Shown piece by piece: positions 48,151-57,207 of a stretch of DNA of 64,000 bases; the stretch's first letter is position 1, and each line of letters begins with the position of its first letter. The stretch comes from an uncultured Methylomirabilota bacterium. GTDB taxonomy: Bacteria; Methylomirabilota; Methylomirabilia; Methylomirabilales; 2-02-FULL-66-22. The notes below the pieces were generated by a model. It was not told where the DNA came from, ran no database searches, and was given only the letters and a program-made list of their open reading frames with translations. The DNA lies in the NCBI GenBank assembly GCA_963845565.1, contig CAWJSJ010000002.1, positions 1,888,001 through 1,952,000 of the forward strand. Direction: 5' to 3'. Made by a program: the position numbers and the translations under genes.

Positions 48151-48552
48151 GTGGCCGAACTCAACACACACACTGCGCTCATCCTGGTGGACCATGGGAG
48201 CCGTTTTCCGGAGGCCAACGAGATGCTTCTGGAGGTGGTGGCCATGGTGAAGCGCCTCTCCGGTCTCACGCGCGTGTACCCCGCGCACATGGAGCTGGCC
48301 GAACCGAGCATCCGCCAGGCCTTCGAAACGGCGGCCCGAGACGGCGCCACAGCCGTCGTCGTCCATCCGTACTTCCTTTCCCCCGGTCGCCACTCCACCA
48401 CGGACATCCCCCGTCTGGTCGAGGAGGCCGCGGCGGCGTTCCCGGGCGTCGAGCACTGCGTGACGGCCCCGCTGGGCGTCCACGACAAGATCGGCGCGGT
48501 GGTTCTGGAACGGGCCGGCGTCCCGTCGGTGAAGGCGAAGGCGCGTCAGTGA
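48151..48552 (+). CDS. Short sirohydrochlorin chelatase (CbiXS/SirB N-domain)
   Basis: VDHGSR, HMELAEP, PYFLSPGRH..DIP. Confidence 0.85.
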   Translation: MAELNTHTALILVDHGSRFPEANEMLLEVVAMVKRLSGLTRVYPAHMELAEPSIRQAFETAARDGATAVVVHPYFLSPGRHSTTDIPRLVEEAAAAFPGVEHCVTAPLGVHDKIGAVVLERAGVPSVKAKARQ

Positions 48553-48622
48553 TGGCGGGGTATCGAGGCCGCCACCGCTCGACGCGGGTTCGGCATCAAC
48601 CCGTACCCGCAGTTGGGCAGGA

Positions 48623-49075
48623 GTGATCCCGATGGAGGCGATCGGTACGGTCCGCAACGATATCCAGGAACCGACGGACGAGGGGTGGGGCGGTGTCATC
48701 TCCGAGGTCGTTCTCGACGAGGAGTTTGCCGACGGGCTGGACGGAATCGAGGCGTTCTCTCACGTCCTCGTCCTCTTCTTGATGCATCGGGCAGCAGAGG
48801 CGGAACCCGTGCGGATGCGGCGACGCCCGCAGGGGCGACAGGATATGCCGGAGGTGGGGATCTTCGCCCAGCGCGCGCGACACCGTCCCAATCCCATCGG
48901 GGTGACCGCGGTGAAGCTGCTCCGTCGGGACGAGAACCGCCTGGTCGTGCAGGGGCTGGACGCCATCAACGGAACTCCGGTGGTGGACGTGAAGCCGTAC
49001 GTGCCGCAATTCGACGCCGTGGAGTCGCCGAGGATGCCCGCGTGGATCCATCGGTTGATGGAGGGGTATTTCTGA
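48623..49075 (+). CDS. tsaA: TsaA/TrmO (YaeB) family SAM-binding tRNA methyltransferase
   Basis: GIFAQRARHRPNPIG, GLDAINGTPVVDVKPY. Confidence 0.85.
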   Translation: MIPMEAIGTVRNDIQEPTDEGWGGVISEVVLDEEFADGLDGIEAFSHVLVLFLMHRAAEAEPVRMRRRPQGRQDMPEVGIFAQRARHRPNPIGVTAVKLLRRDENRLVVQGLDAINGTPVVDVKPYVPQFDAVESPRMPAWIHRLMEGYF

Positions 49076-49083
49076 AGATGCCG

Positions 49084-49111
49084 CGATCAGCAGTCAGCAG
49101 TCAGCGATCAG
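49084..49111. repeat. Heptamer tandem repeat
   Basis: CGATCAG CAGTCAG CAGTCAG CGATCAG. Confidence 0.6.
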
Positions 49112-49165
49112 CGAAGAACGGTCGGAGCAGCGCCCAGAAGAGTGACGGCGGCGCGTGGTGAGAGG

Positions 49166-49894
49166 ATGGCGAAGACCGCGGGAATCCTGATCATCGGCAG
49201 CGAGGTGCTGAGCGGGAAGGTGACGGACCAGAACTCGCCGTTCCTCGCCCAGGAGCTGCGGGGTCTGGGCGTCGAGGTCCGGCGCATCCTGACGATTCCG
49301 GACGAGTTGCCGGTGATCGTGCGCGACGTGCGGGAACTGGCCCGGGATCACGATCTGGTGTTCACCACGGGCGGCGTGGGACCGACTCACGACGACGTGA
49401 CGATCGCGGCCATCGCGCAGGCGTTCGACCGCCCCCTGGTCCGCCATCCGTTGCTCGAGGGGGTGCTCCGGCGGCACTATGGCGAGGCCATCACGTCCGC
49501 CCAGCTCCGCATGGCAGACGTCCCCGAGGGGAGCCGGTTGGTGGGAGAAGGCAACATCGGGTTTCCCGTGGTGGCCCTGGAGAACGTCTTCATCTTTCCC
49601 GGAATTCCCGAGAGCGTGCAGCGAAAGTTCGGGCGGATTCGCGAGGAGTTCCGGGAGGCTCCGTACATCCTGCGGCGGATCTTCCTGCGGTGCGATGAAG
49701 GAGAGATTGCCGCCGAACTCTATCGGGCGCTCGAGCGGTTTCCCGCACTGCAGCTCGGCTCCTACCCCATCCTCCACCAGCCCGACCACCGCGTCGTTCT
49801 GACCCTGGAATCCAAGCAGCGCGACGAGGTGGACCGGGCGGTCAAGTTCCTCGTGGAACGCCTGCCAGCCTCGACCGTCGTCCGCATCGAATAG
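49166..49894 (+). CDS. CinA-like molybdopterin-binding-domain protein
   Basis: IIGSEVLSG..DQN, TTGGVGPTHDDVT, PGIP. Confidence 0.85.
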   Translation: MAKTAGILIIGSEVLSGKVTDQNSPFLAQELRGLGVEVRRILTIPDELPVIVRDVRELARDHDLVFTTGGVGPTHDDVTIAAIAQAFDRPLVRHPLLEGVLRRHYGEAITSAQLRMADVPEGSRLVGEGNIGFPVVALENVFIFPGIPESVQRKFGRIREEFREAPYILRRIFLRCDEGEIAAELYRALERFPALQLGSYPILHQPDHRVVLTLESKQRDEVDRAVKFLVERLPASTVVRIE

Positions 49895-49922
49895 GGGCGG
49901 CTGGAACGGCATCGCGGCGCCG

Positions 49923-50600
49923 TCAGGCGGTCGCGCTCAGGTCCACGCTTCCGCCCCGATAGAACTCGCTGATCCGATCCGCCACCTCGCGCGGGTCGTC
50001 CGTGACGGTGAAGAAGCTCAGATCCTGCGGAGAGATGTATCCATCCACCAGGGCCTGTTCGCGCAGCCACTCCAACAGCCCTTGCCAGTAGCTTCGCCCC
50101 ACCAGGATGACCGGGAAGGGGCGAATCTTGTGTGTCTGGATCAGCGTGACGGTCTCGAACAGCTCATCCACGGTTCCGAAGCCACCAGGGAGCAGGACGA
50201 AGGCAGTGGCGTACTTGACCAGCATGACTTTTCGGACGAAGAAGTAGTGGAAGTGCAGGGAGATGGTGGTGTACGGGTTCGACGTCTGTTCCATGGGCAG
50301 CTCGATGTTCAATCCCACGGCCTTCCCCCCCGCCTGGAATGCCCCTTTGCTGGCGGCTTCCATGACCCCGGGGCCACCACCGGTGACGACCGTGAAGCCG
50401 GCCCCGGCGATCTCGCGGCCGATGGCCTCCGCGGTGACGTAGGCGAACTCTCCGGGTTTCGCGCGCGCGCTGCCGAAGACCGTCACGGCCGGTGTGATGC
50501 GGGACAGCGCGTCGAAGCCTTCGACGAACTCTCCGATGATCCGGAACATGCGCCAGGACTCTTCCTTCTCCAGTTGATTGATCTCGTACTGCGACGGCAT
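49923..50600 (-). CDS. LOG family nucleotide nucleosidase (TIGR00730-like)
   Basis: VFGSAR, TGGGPGVM, FFVRK, PGGFGTVDE. Confidence 0.92.
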   Translation of the reverse strand: MPSQYEINQLEKEESWRMFRIIGEFVEGFDALSRITPAVTVFGSARAKPGEFAYVTAEAIGREIAGAGFTVVTGGGPGVMEAASKGAFQAGGKAVGLNIELPMEQTSNPYTTISLHFHYFFVRKVMLVKYATAFVLLPGGFGTVDELFETVTLIQTHKIRPFPVILVGRSYWQGLLEWLREQALVDGYISPQDLSFFTVTDDPREVADRISEFYRGGSVDLSATA

Positions 50601-50895
50601 TGCCTCCTCCTTCAGGACGGCGCACGGGGTGGCAGAGCGACGTTCTGGGGCCGGGAGTTGGCTCCCAGCGCCCCGCCCGAGGCCCTCAGACTAAAGGATA
50701 TTCCCCGGGTGCCGCAAGTGATTCCTTGCCGCGTCGAACCAGATGACGCCGTGTGCGGTGTTGCTCGACGAGGGGGCGGGTAGCATGGTATAGAAAGCTG
50801 GAAGATTTCAGCGGTCAGCGGTCGGCCTCGGACGTGGCGTGGGTGTCGAATGGCGCGATGATCGGTGGCCGAGAAGAGAAGAGGGGGGGTCTCGG

Positions 50896-51201
50896 ATGGC
50901 GATGGGTGGACGGCGAGACGGGGTTGATGGAGCGATCAAGGCGTGGGAGTGCGACCTCGAACGGTTGCGCGTCGTGCTCGCCAACGCGCCCGAGACGGTC
51001 AATGCCAAGCATCACTCCGGGTTCGTGGAACTCTACCGTCAAAAGGAAATCGTCAAGTCGCGGTGGGAGACCATCCGCGGTGTGTACCAGGCTGACGCCG
51101 ATGCGGTGCGACGCTTCGAAGACGCGTTCGCATCCATGGCGGCGGCTTGGGCCGACGCGCAGCCCATGCTGGCCGAGGTTCTCACCGGCGCGGCACCCTG
51201 A
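50896..51201 (+). CDS. Hypothetical helical protein
   Basis: G-rich RBS, coding-like composition. Confidence 0.55.
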   Translation: MAMGGRRDGVDGAIKAWECDLERLRVVLANAPETVNAKHHSGFVELYRQKEIVKSRWETIRGVYQADADAVRRFEDAFASMAAAWADAQPMLAEVLTGAAP

Positions 51202-51246
51202 TCCGTCGCCGCCGGCTCCCGCAACGGCGACTCGCCTGGAGGTTTC

Positions 51247-51582
51247 ATGGATCTTGGTCTTGGACGCAAGGCAGCCATCGTCGCCGCACTCCTGGCGGTC
51301 GGCGGCCAGCCGATGCAGTCGGCGATCGCGGCCGAGACCATCTTCCTTCAAGACGGGCGTACCATCCAGGCCGACAAGGTCGAAATCATCGGCGACCGGG
51401 TGCGGATCGAGAAGCCGGCAGAGACGATCGAGATCCCTCGTTCCGACGTCCTCTCGATCCACCCCTCCACGACGCCGAACGCGTCCCCGCCGGGTGCGGT
51501 GTATAAAGGTATGACGGAGCAGATGAACGACAAGGTGCGGCGGGAGATCGAGGGGCGACCGGGCGGCAGCGGCCCACGATAA
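51247..51582 (+). CDS. Secreted hypothetical protein
   Basis: GGAGG RBS; signal peptide; ETIFLQDGRTI. Confidence 0.65.
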   Translation: MDLGLGRKAAIVAALLAVGGQPMQSAIAAETIFLQDGRTIQADKVEIIGDRVRIEKPAETIEIPRSDVLSIHPSTTPNASPPGAVYKGMTEQMNDKVRREIEGRPGGSGPR

Positions 51583-51590
51583 GGGCGGCG

Positions 51591-52049
51591 CGCCCGCCGC
51601 GCCTGCTGCTGGCCGACGAGCCGACCACCGCGCTGGATGTGACGATCCAGGCGCAGATTCTCCGGCTGCTCGCCGGTCTGGTGGAGACCCAGGGGGTCTC
51701 GGTGCTGCTGATCTCGCACGACCTGGGCGTGGTGAGTCGCATCTGCCGCCGAGTGGCCGTGATGTATGCCGGCTCGGTGGTCGAGACGGCGGAGGTGCGC
51801 GCGCTGTTTCGCACTCCTCTGCATCCGTATACTCAGGGTCTGTTACGGTCCATTCCCAGGAACGTCCGCCGGCAGGAGGCCCTGCAGGGCATTCCCGGCT
51901 CCATCCCCAACCTGGTTTCCCCTCCGGCCGGTTGCCGCTTCCATCCACGCTGCCCCAGGGCCATGGAGGTCTGCCGACGGATCGCCCCCGCTCCCACGCC
52001 GTATGAGCCCGGACATACGGTCAGCTGCCATCTGTTTCCCGCGACGTGA
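51591..52049 (+). pseudogene. 3' fragment of an oligopeptide ABC ATPase (OppD/DppD)
   Basis: PRLLLADEPTTALDV, ISHDL, HPYT, GCRFHPRC; no Walker A or signature motif. Confidence 0.8.
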
Positions 52050-52221
52050 CGCGCGGCCGAGCCGCACGGGTCGCCCGGCGGGGATTTCGCGAAGCCTGGC
52101 TCCTGGCGGGCTGTAACGTGTTGAATCAAAGCTCCCGGGCGGTTTGCCCCATTTAACCTGAGATTTTCTGCAAGACCGAGAACGGGTAAGAGGAGTATCA
52201 TGTCACCCGGAAGGAGATGCG

Positions 52222-53574
52222 ATGGCTGATCGGGTGCTGATTGCCGACGATGAAGAGGCTTCCCGGAAGGGGCTGAAGGCGCTGCTCACCAACTGGGGAT
52301 ACGAGGTCCAAGAGGCGGCCGACGGGCAGGAGGCGCTGGAAAAAGCGGCGACCTTTCTTCCGCGGGTCGTGGTGACAGACGTGCTGATGCCGAGGCTGGA
52401 CGGCCTGGGGCTGCTGGCGCAGCTCCGCACGGAATCTCCGTTGACGACGGTGATTCTTCTCACCGGACATGCCACCGTCGAGACGGCGGTCGCGGCGATG
52501 AAGCAGGGAGCCTACGACTACCTCACCAAACCGGTGGACCTGCCGCGCCTGCGGATCCTGATCGAGAAGGCGCTCGAGAAGGGCGAGGCGCTCCGCGAGG
52601 TCACGCTGCTCCGGCGGCAGCTCCAGGCGGTCTGGGGGTCCGGACGCCTGGTGGGAAAAAGCAAGGCCATGCAGGAGCTCTACCGGATGATCGATCTGGC
52701 GGCGCCGACCTCCGCGCCGGTGCTCATCTCGGGGGAAAGCGGAACGGGCAAGGAACTGGTGGCGCGCAGCCTCCACGAGCATTCTCCCAGGAACAAAGGC
52801 CCGTTCGTGGCGGTGAATTGTTCGGCTATTCCCGAGACCCTGCTGGAGAGCGAGATCTTCGGCCACGAGAAGGGGGCCTTTACGGGTGCGGTGGAGCGCC
52901 GACTGGGCTGTTTTGAGTTGGCGCACGGTGGCACGCTCTTCCTGGACGAGATCGCGGAGATGGGTCCGGCCATCCAGGCCAAATTCCTTCGCATCCTGCA
53001 GGATGGTGCGGTCCGGCGGTTGGGCGGGAAGACGGAGCTCTTGGTGGATGTGCGGGTGTTGGCGGCCACCAACCAAGATCCCGTCAGGGCGATGAAGGAA
53101 GGCAGTCTGCGCGAGGATCTCTACTACCGCCTGAACGTGTTCAACCTCGCCCTGCCAGCCCTTCGGGAGCGGCGCGAAGACATCCCACTGCTCATCGAGG
53201 CGTTCATCGAGGAGTTCAACGGGAAATACGCCAAGCATATCCGCGCCGTGGACGACGTGGCGAGCCGGATCTTGTCGTCCCACCCATGGCCCGGCAACGT
53301 GCGGGAGCTGCGGAACACCTTGGAGCGTGCGATGATCATCTGCGACACAGACGTCCTCGCGCCCCAGCATCTTCCGGCGGGGCTCACGCACGCATCGCCC
53401 GGCGGCGAATCCGACGCGGTCACGCTGACGGTCGGCATGACCGTCGAGGAGGCGGAGCGGATCTTGATCCTGAAGACGCTCGCCTCCGTCGGTAACAACA
53501 AGGCGCGGGCCGCGGGCATCCTGGGGATCAGCATCAAGACGCTCCACAACAAGCTCAACCGATACGGGACCTAG
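52222..53574 (+). CDS. sigma54-dependent response regulator (NtrC family)
   Basis: REC domain, GESGTGKE, GAFTGA, LFLDEI, WPGNVRELRN, Fis-type HTH. Confidence 0.95.
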   Translation: MADRVLIADDEEASRKGLKALLTNWGYEVQEAADGQEALEKAATFLPRVVVTDVLMPRLDGLGLLAQLRTESPLTTVILLTGHATVETAVAAMKQGAYDYLTKPVDLPRLRILIEKALEKGEALREVTLLRRQLQAVWGSGRLVGKSKAMQELYRMIDLAAPTSAPVLISGESGTGKELVARSLHEHSPRNKGPFVAVNCSAIPETLLESEIFGHEKGAFTGAVERRLGCFELAHGGTLFLDEIAEMGPAIQAKFLRILQDGAVRRLGGKTELLVDVRVLAATNQDPVRAMKEGSLREDLYYRLNVFNLALPALRERREDIPLLIEAFIEEFNGKYAKHIRAVDDVASRILSSHPWPGNVRELRNTLERAMIICDTDVLAPQHLPAGLTHASPGGESDAVTLTVGMTVEEAERILILKTLASVGNNKARAAGILGISIKTLHNKLNRYGT

Positions 53575-55371
53575 ATGCGCTTTCGGTTCAAGACCAAGGA
53601 GATGTTGGCGGTTACCGCCTTCACCTTCTTCGTGGTAGCGGCCGCGACACTGCTCCATTTTTCGCAGCTGGCACGGGTCAGCATCGAGGGCGCCGCGCAG
53701 CAGGCGGAACTGGTCGCCCGGCAGATCTACGCCCAGAGCCGGCGCGCGCTCGCCCGGGCAACGGACCGGGACCCGTGGGAGGCCCTGCGCACCGACCGCG
53801 AGTTGCGGAGCCTGCTGGAGGCCAGCGTCGGATACTCCACCGACATCCTCTACGTCTTGCTGGCCGATCGGACCGACACCATCATTCTGCACAGCGAGCG
53901 ACGGAAGGAGGACAGCCCGGCGTCGGCCCAACTCGAGCTCCGCGCGCTCTTGGCGGCCAACCCGGTGAGCCGGTTTGCCGGGCTCTATCAGCCGGGGACG
54001 ACGTACGAGGTGACGCTCCCGCTGCAGCTCAATGACCAGCCGTTCGGCAGTATCCGGGTCGGGCTTCCCAGTAGCCTGCTCCGGACCGAACTGAATGCCT
54101 CGCTGCTTCAGGGGCTGGGTCTGGCCGGGGCCGCCCTGCCCGTGGCCTGGTTCGTCGCCATGGGGCTTGCCCACCTGGCGCTGCAGCCCATCCGGCGACT
54201 CACCCGGGAGGTTGAGCGACTGCGCCAAGGTGAGTTCGTCGCTGGGCCGGAACTCGGGCAGGAGGACGAATACAAGGAGCTCGCCGCCCAGCTCCAGCTC
54301 CTGGGGCAAAAACTCCAGTCGGATCGCCTCAAGGTCCTGGGGGAAAACGTCCAAGTCCAGCGGGTGGTCGATCGGCTGGAGGATGGATTCATTTTTTTGA
54401 CCAGCGATCGGCGCGTTCTTTTCTTCAACAAGGCCGCCGAGATCGTCCTGGGCAAGTCGATGGGGCAGATTCAGGGGTGGCGGCTGGAAGAGGCGCTGGC
54501 GGCGTCTCATCCGTTGCGGATTCTGCTTAACGACGAGACGGAGGGCGATCAGCCGGGTTCCACCATCGTCCTCCGCCGCGACGGTCGGCCACGAGAATTC
54601 CTGGTGTCGCGATTTGCCGTGGCGGACGCCGAGCGTACGATGGGCACCATGGTGATGCTGAAAGACGTGGAGTCCATCAAGACGCTCCGGTCGCTGGTGA
54701 GTTATTCCGCCAAGCTGGCAGCGCTCGGCAGGCTGACGTCCGGGGTTGCCCATGAAGTGAAGAATCCACTCAACGCCATGACGATCCATCTGGAGCTTCT
54801 CAAGGAGCGGCTGGGGCCCTCCCGGGAAGGGGTGCAGGAGAACCTGGAGGTCATCGGCAGCGAGATCAAGCGTCTGGACCGAGCGGTCCAGGGCTTCCTG
54901 AAGTTCATGCGTCCCCAATATCTGGCCCTGGGCGCCGTGGACCTGAATGGACTAATTCGCGGTCTGGAGGCGCTTCTTCAGCCGGAGTGGCAGGCGACCG
55001 GCGTGCGATTCGTCATGGATCTGGACGCGAACCTCCACTCGATCACGGCGGACGAGGAGTTGCTCCGGCAAGCGCTCCTGAACATCCTCCTCAATGCCTG
55101 CCAGGCGATGCCGCAGGGCGGCACGGTTCGGCTTGCCACGGCGCTCGAGCAGGCGGAATCCGTCCGAGTGACGATCTCGGACGAGGGGACCGGCATTCCG
55201 ACGGAAGATCTGGACAAAATCTTCAAACTGTATTACACCACGAAGCCGGACGGCAGCGGCATCGGCCTCTCCCTGGTGTATCGGATCGTCCAGTTGCACG
55301 ACGGAAGCATCGACGTCGCGTCCGATGTCGGTCGGGGAACGACGTTCACCGTCCGGCTGCCGATCGGATAG
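53575..55371 (+). CDS. Membrane sensor histidine kinase (HAMP-PAS-HisKA-HATPase)
   Basis: 2 TM; AHEVKNPL, NILLNA, DEGTG, GSGIGL. Confidence 0.93.
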   Translation: MRFRFKTKEMLAVTAFTFFVVAAATLLHFSQLARVSIEGAAQQAELVARQIYAQSRRALARATDRDPWEALRTDRELRSLLEASVGYSTDILYVLLADRTDTIILHSERRKEDSPASAQLELRALLAANPVSRFAGLYQPGTTYEVTLPLQLNDQPFGSIRVGLPSSLLRTELNASLLQGLGLAGAALPVAWFVAMGLAHLALQPIRRLTREVERLRQGEFVAGPELGQEDEYKELAAQLQLLGQKLQSDRLKVLGENVQVQRVVDRLEDGFIFLTSDRRVLFFNKAAEIVLGKSMGQIQGWRLEEALAASHPLRILLNDETEGDQPGSTIVLRRDGRPREFLVSRFAVADAERTMGTMVMLKDVESIKTLRSLVSYSAKLAALGRLTSGVAHEVKNPLNAMTIHLELLKERLGPSREGVQENLEVIGSEIKRLDRAVQGFLKFMRPQYLALGAVDLNGLIRGLEALLQPEWQATGVRFVMDLDANLHSITADEELLRQALLNILLNACQAMPQGGTVRLATALEQAESVRVTISDEGTGIPTEDLDKIFKLYYTTKPDGSGIGLSLVYRIVQLHDGSIDVASDVGRGTTFTVRLPIG

Positions 55372-55402
55372 GGCAGACGGGGTGAGGCAGGGCATTGTGC
55401 TG

Positions 55403-56065
55403 ATGGGACAAGGGTTGAGTCGATGGAGGAACGGTCTGGCCGGTGCGCTTGCGGCACTCATCGTTGCCGTGAGCGGATGCGCGGCTATCGAGTCGCTTTT
55501 CTCCCCCCCGCCTCCGCCGCCCCCCAAGAAGGAGCCCGCACCTGCCCCCGTGAAGAAGGAGCCGGAACCCGCGCCCCCCAAGAAGGAGCCGCCCGCGCCG
55601 CCGCCCCCCCCCAAGACGGAGCCGGAACCCGCGCCCCCCAAGAAGGAGCCGCCCGCGCCGCCCGTCAAGAAAGAACCGGTTGCGCCCGCGCCCCCCAAGA
55701 AGGAGCCCGCACCTGCCCCCGTGAAGAAGGAGCCGGAACCCGCGCCCCCCAAGAAGGAGCCGGAGGCTCCTTCCGTCAAGAAAGAGCCAGAGGTTGTACC
55801 AGCCGTCCTGGCGCCGCAGGTCGGCAAGCAAGACGAGGAGCAGTTGCGGCGCGACGCCGGCACCAGGATGCAACGCGCCGAGGTGCTCATCGGGCGGATC
55901 GACGAAAAGAAGCTCACAAAGGACCAGCAAGAGCAGTTCCTGACCATCCAGAGCCTGCTCAAGAACGCGAAGGAGGCGATCGAAGCCAAGGACCTGGCTC
56001 GCGCCTCCAATCTTGCCGAGAAGGCGCGCATCTTGGCCGAGGAACTGGCCCAGGCCGCGCGATGA
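55403..56065 (+). CDS. Lipoprotein with Pro/Lys/Glu-rich linker and C-terminal helical domain
   Basis: Lipobox VSGC; KKEP repeats; LAEKARILAEEL. Confidence 0.75.
   Translation: MGQGLSRWRNGLAGALAALIVAVSGCAAIESLFSPPPPPPPKKEPAPAPVKKEPEPAPPKKEPPAPPPPPKTEPEPAPPKKEPPAPPVKKEPVAPAPPKKEPAPAPVKKEPEPAPPKKEPEAPSVKKEPEVVPAVLAPQVGKQDEEQLRRDAGTRMQRAEVLIGRIDEKKLTKDQQEQFLTIQSLLKNAKEAIEAKDLARASNLAEKARILAEELAQAAR
55521..55790 (+). repeat. Coding repeats (KKEP units; block duplicated 171 bp apart)
   Basis: AAGAAGGAGCCCGCACCTGCCCCCGTG at 55526 and 55697. Confidence 0.85.
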
Positions 56066-56323
56066 AGGATCTGCGGGCGGCCATCGCCAACGACCCGCGC
56101 CTGCGGTCTGCACCGGCAGCGGCCGCCGGTGTTCGGGTGGTTTTCTTCGCCTGACCGACTTTCTTTCCTCGGGCAGGTAAGTCTTACATCGTCGGTAAAT
56201 TCTTCTGTCCCCTTTGTTCTTCCGAGCGCCGTGCAAATTTAGCGCGGCACTCTCGCCATCGCGTAACTCGCCACGATACCAGCCTTTGGTGGTTCTTGAC
56301 GCAGTATTCCTCCATCCCGCTTG

Positions 56324-56338
56324 TGGCACGTGCGTTGC
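56324..56338 (+). promoter_or_regulatory. sigma54 promoter
   Basis: TGGCACGTGCGTTGC matches consensus; palindrome GTAAGTCTTAC at 56177. Confidence 0.75.
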
Positions 56339-56429
56339 CACAAAAATCCCAAAGTCCGCGTGAAGGCAATCCGTCGTCGGGCTCTGGTCGGGGCGACCCA
56401 GGATCAGATGCGAACCAGCGGGGGGCAGG

Positions 56430-56843
56430 ATGCGCAGGCGAATACTCATCGTGGAAGACGATCAGCATAGTCGGAAGGGCCTACAGGACTCGCTCCTAAC
56501 CGATGGGCATAGTGTGGAGGCTGTCTCGGACGGATGGCAGGCCTTTCGGAAGATCAAGGAGGGAGTCTTTGACCTCGCCATCGTGGACCTCGAGTTGCCG
56601 CCGGTCCTGGGAGTCGCGATGACCGGATGGGATCTCGTCCGGATCCTTCGCGCCTACTTTCCGGGAATACCGATCGTCGTGGTGAGCTCGCAAGAGGACG
56701 CGGTCATCCGGCGATTGCTCGACCGCTTCCAGGTGTCCACCTTCCTCGTGAAACCGATCGATCCGGCCCGCATCAAGGCAGTCGCCCGGGGTCTGGACGC
56801 GGACATCCTTCCCGTTCCTGCAGTGGAATGCACCATCCGCTGA
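56430..56843 (+). CDS. Single-domain response regulator
   Basis: ILIVEDD, IVDLELP, VKP. Confidence 0.85.
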   Translation: MRRRILIVEDDQHSRKGLQDSLLTDGHSVEAVSDGWQAFRKIKEGVFDLAIVDLELPPVLGVAMTGWDLVRILRAYFPGIPIVVVSSQEDAVIRRLLDRFQVSTFLVKPIDPARIKAVARGLDADILPVPAVECTIR

Positions 56844-57207
56844 GCATTGTTCCGACGAATAGGCTGCAATGTCTGGCGGATTCCGACACAATGCCCTCCG
56901 GTTTGAACGGGCAGTGTACGCTGAGTACACGCGGACATAAATTCGATGACGTATACGGTGGCCGCATAAGTCCAGGTCCCCCGGGCCGCCCCGAGGACGC
57001 TGCGCCCGCGGGCGAGCTCCGCACCGGACGCGGCGAGCCGTCCGCCGGCACGGAGGGCCGCGTCTGAGCGGACCGACCCGGGGTAAGGGCGAGCCGGTAT
57101 CGACGAGGCGTCCGAGGGTCGGTCCGGGGGACCGGCGATACGTTACCGTAATTGCGGGCAGAAGCACTTAGAGTGCGGACCATCGCCATCAAGCGGAGTC
57201 GAACGCG

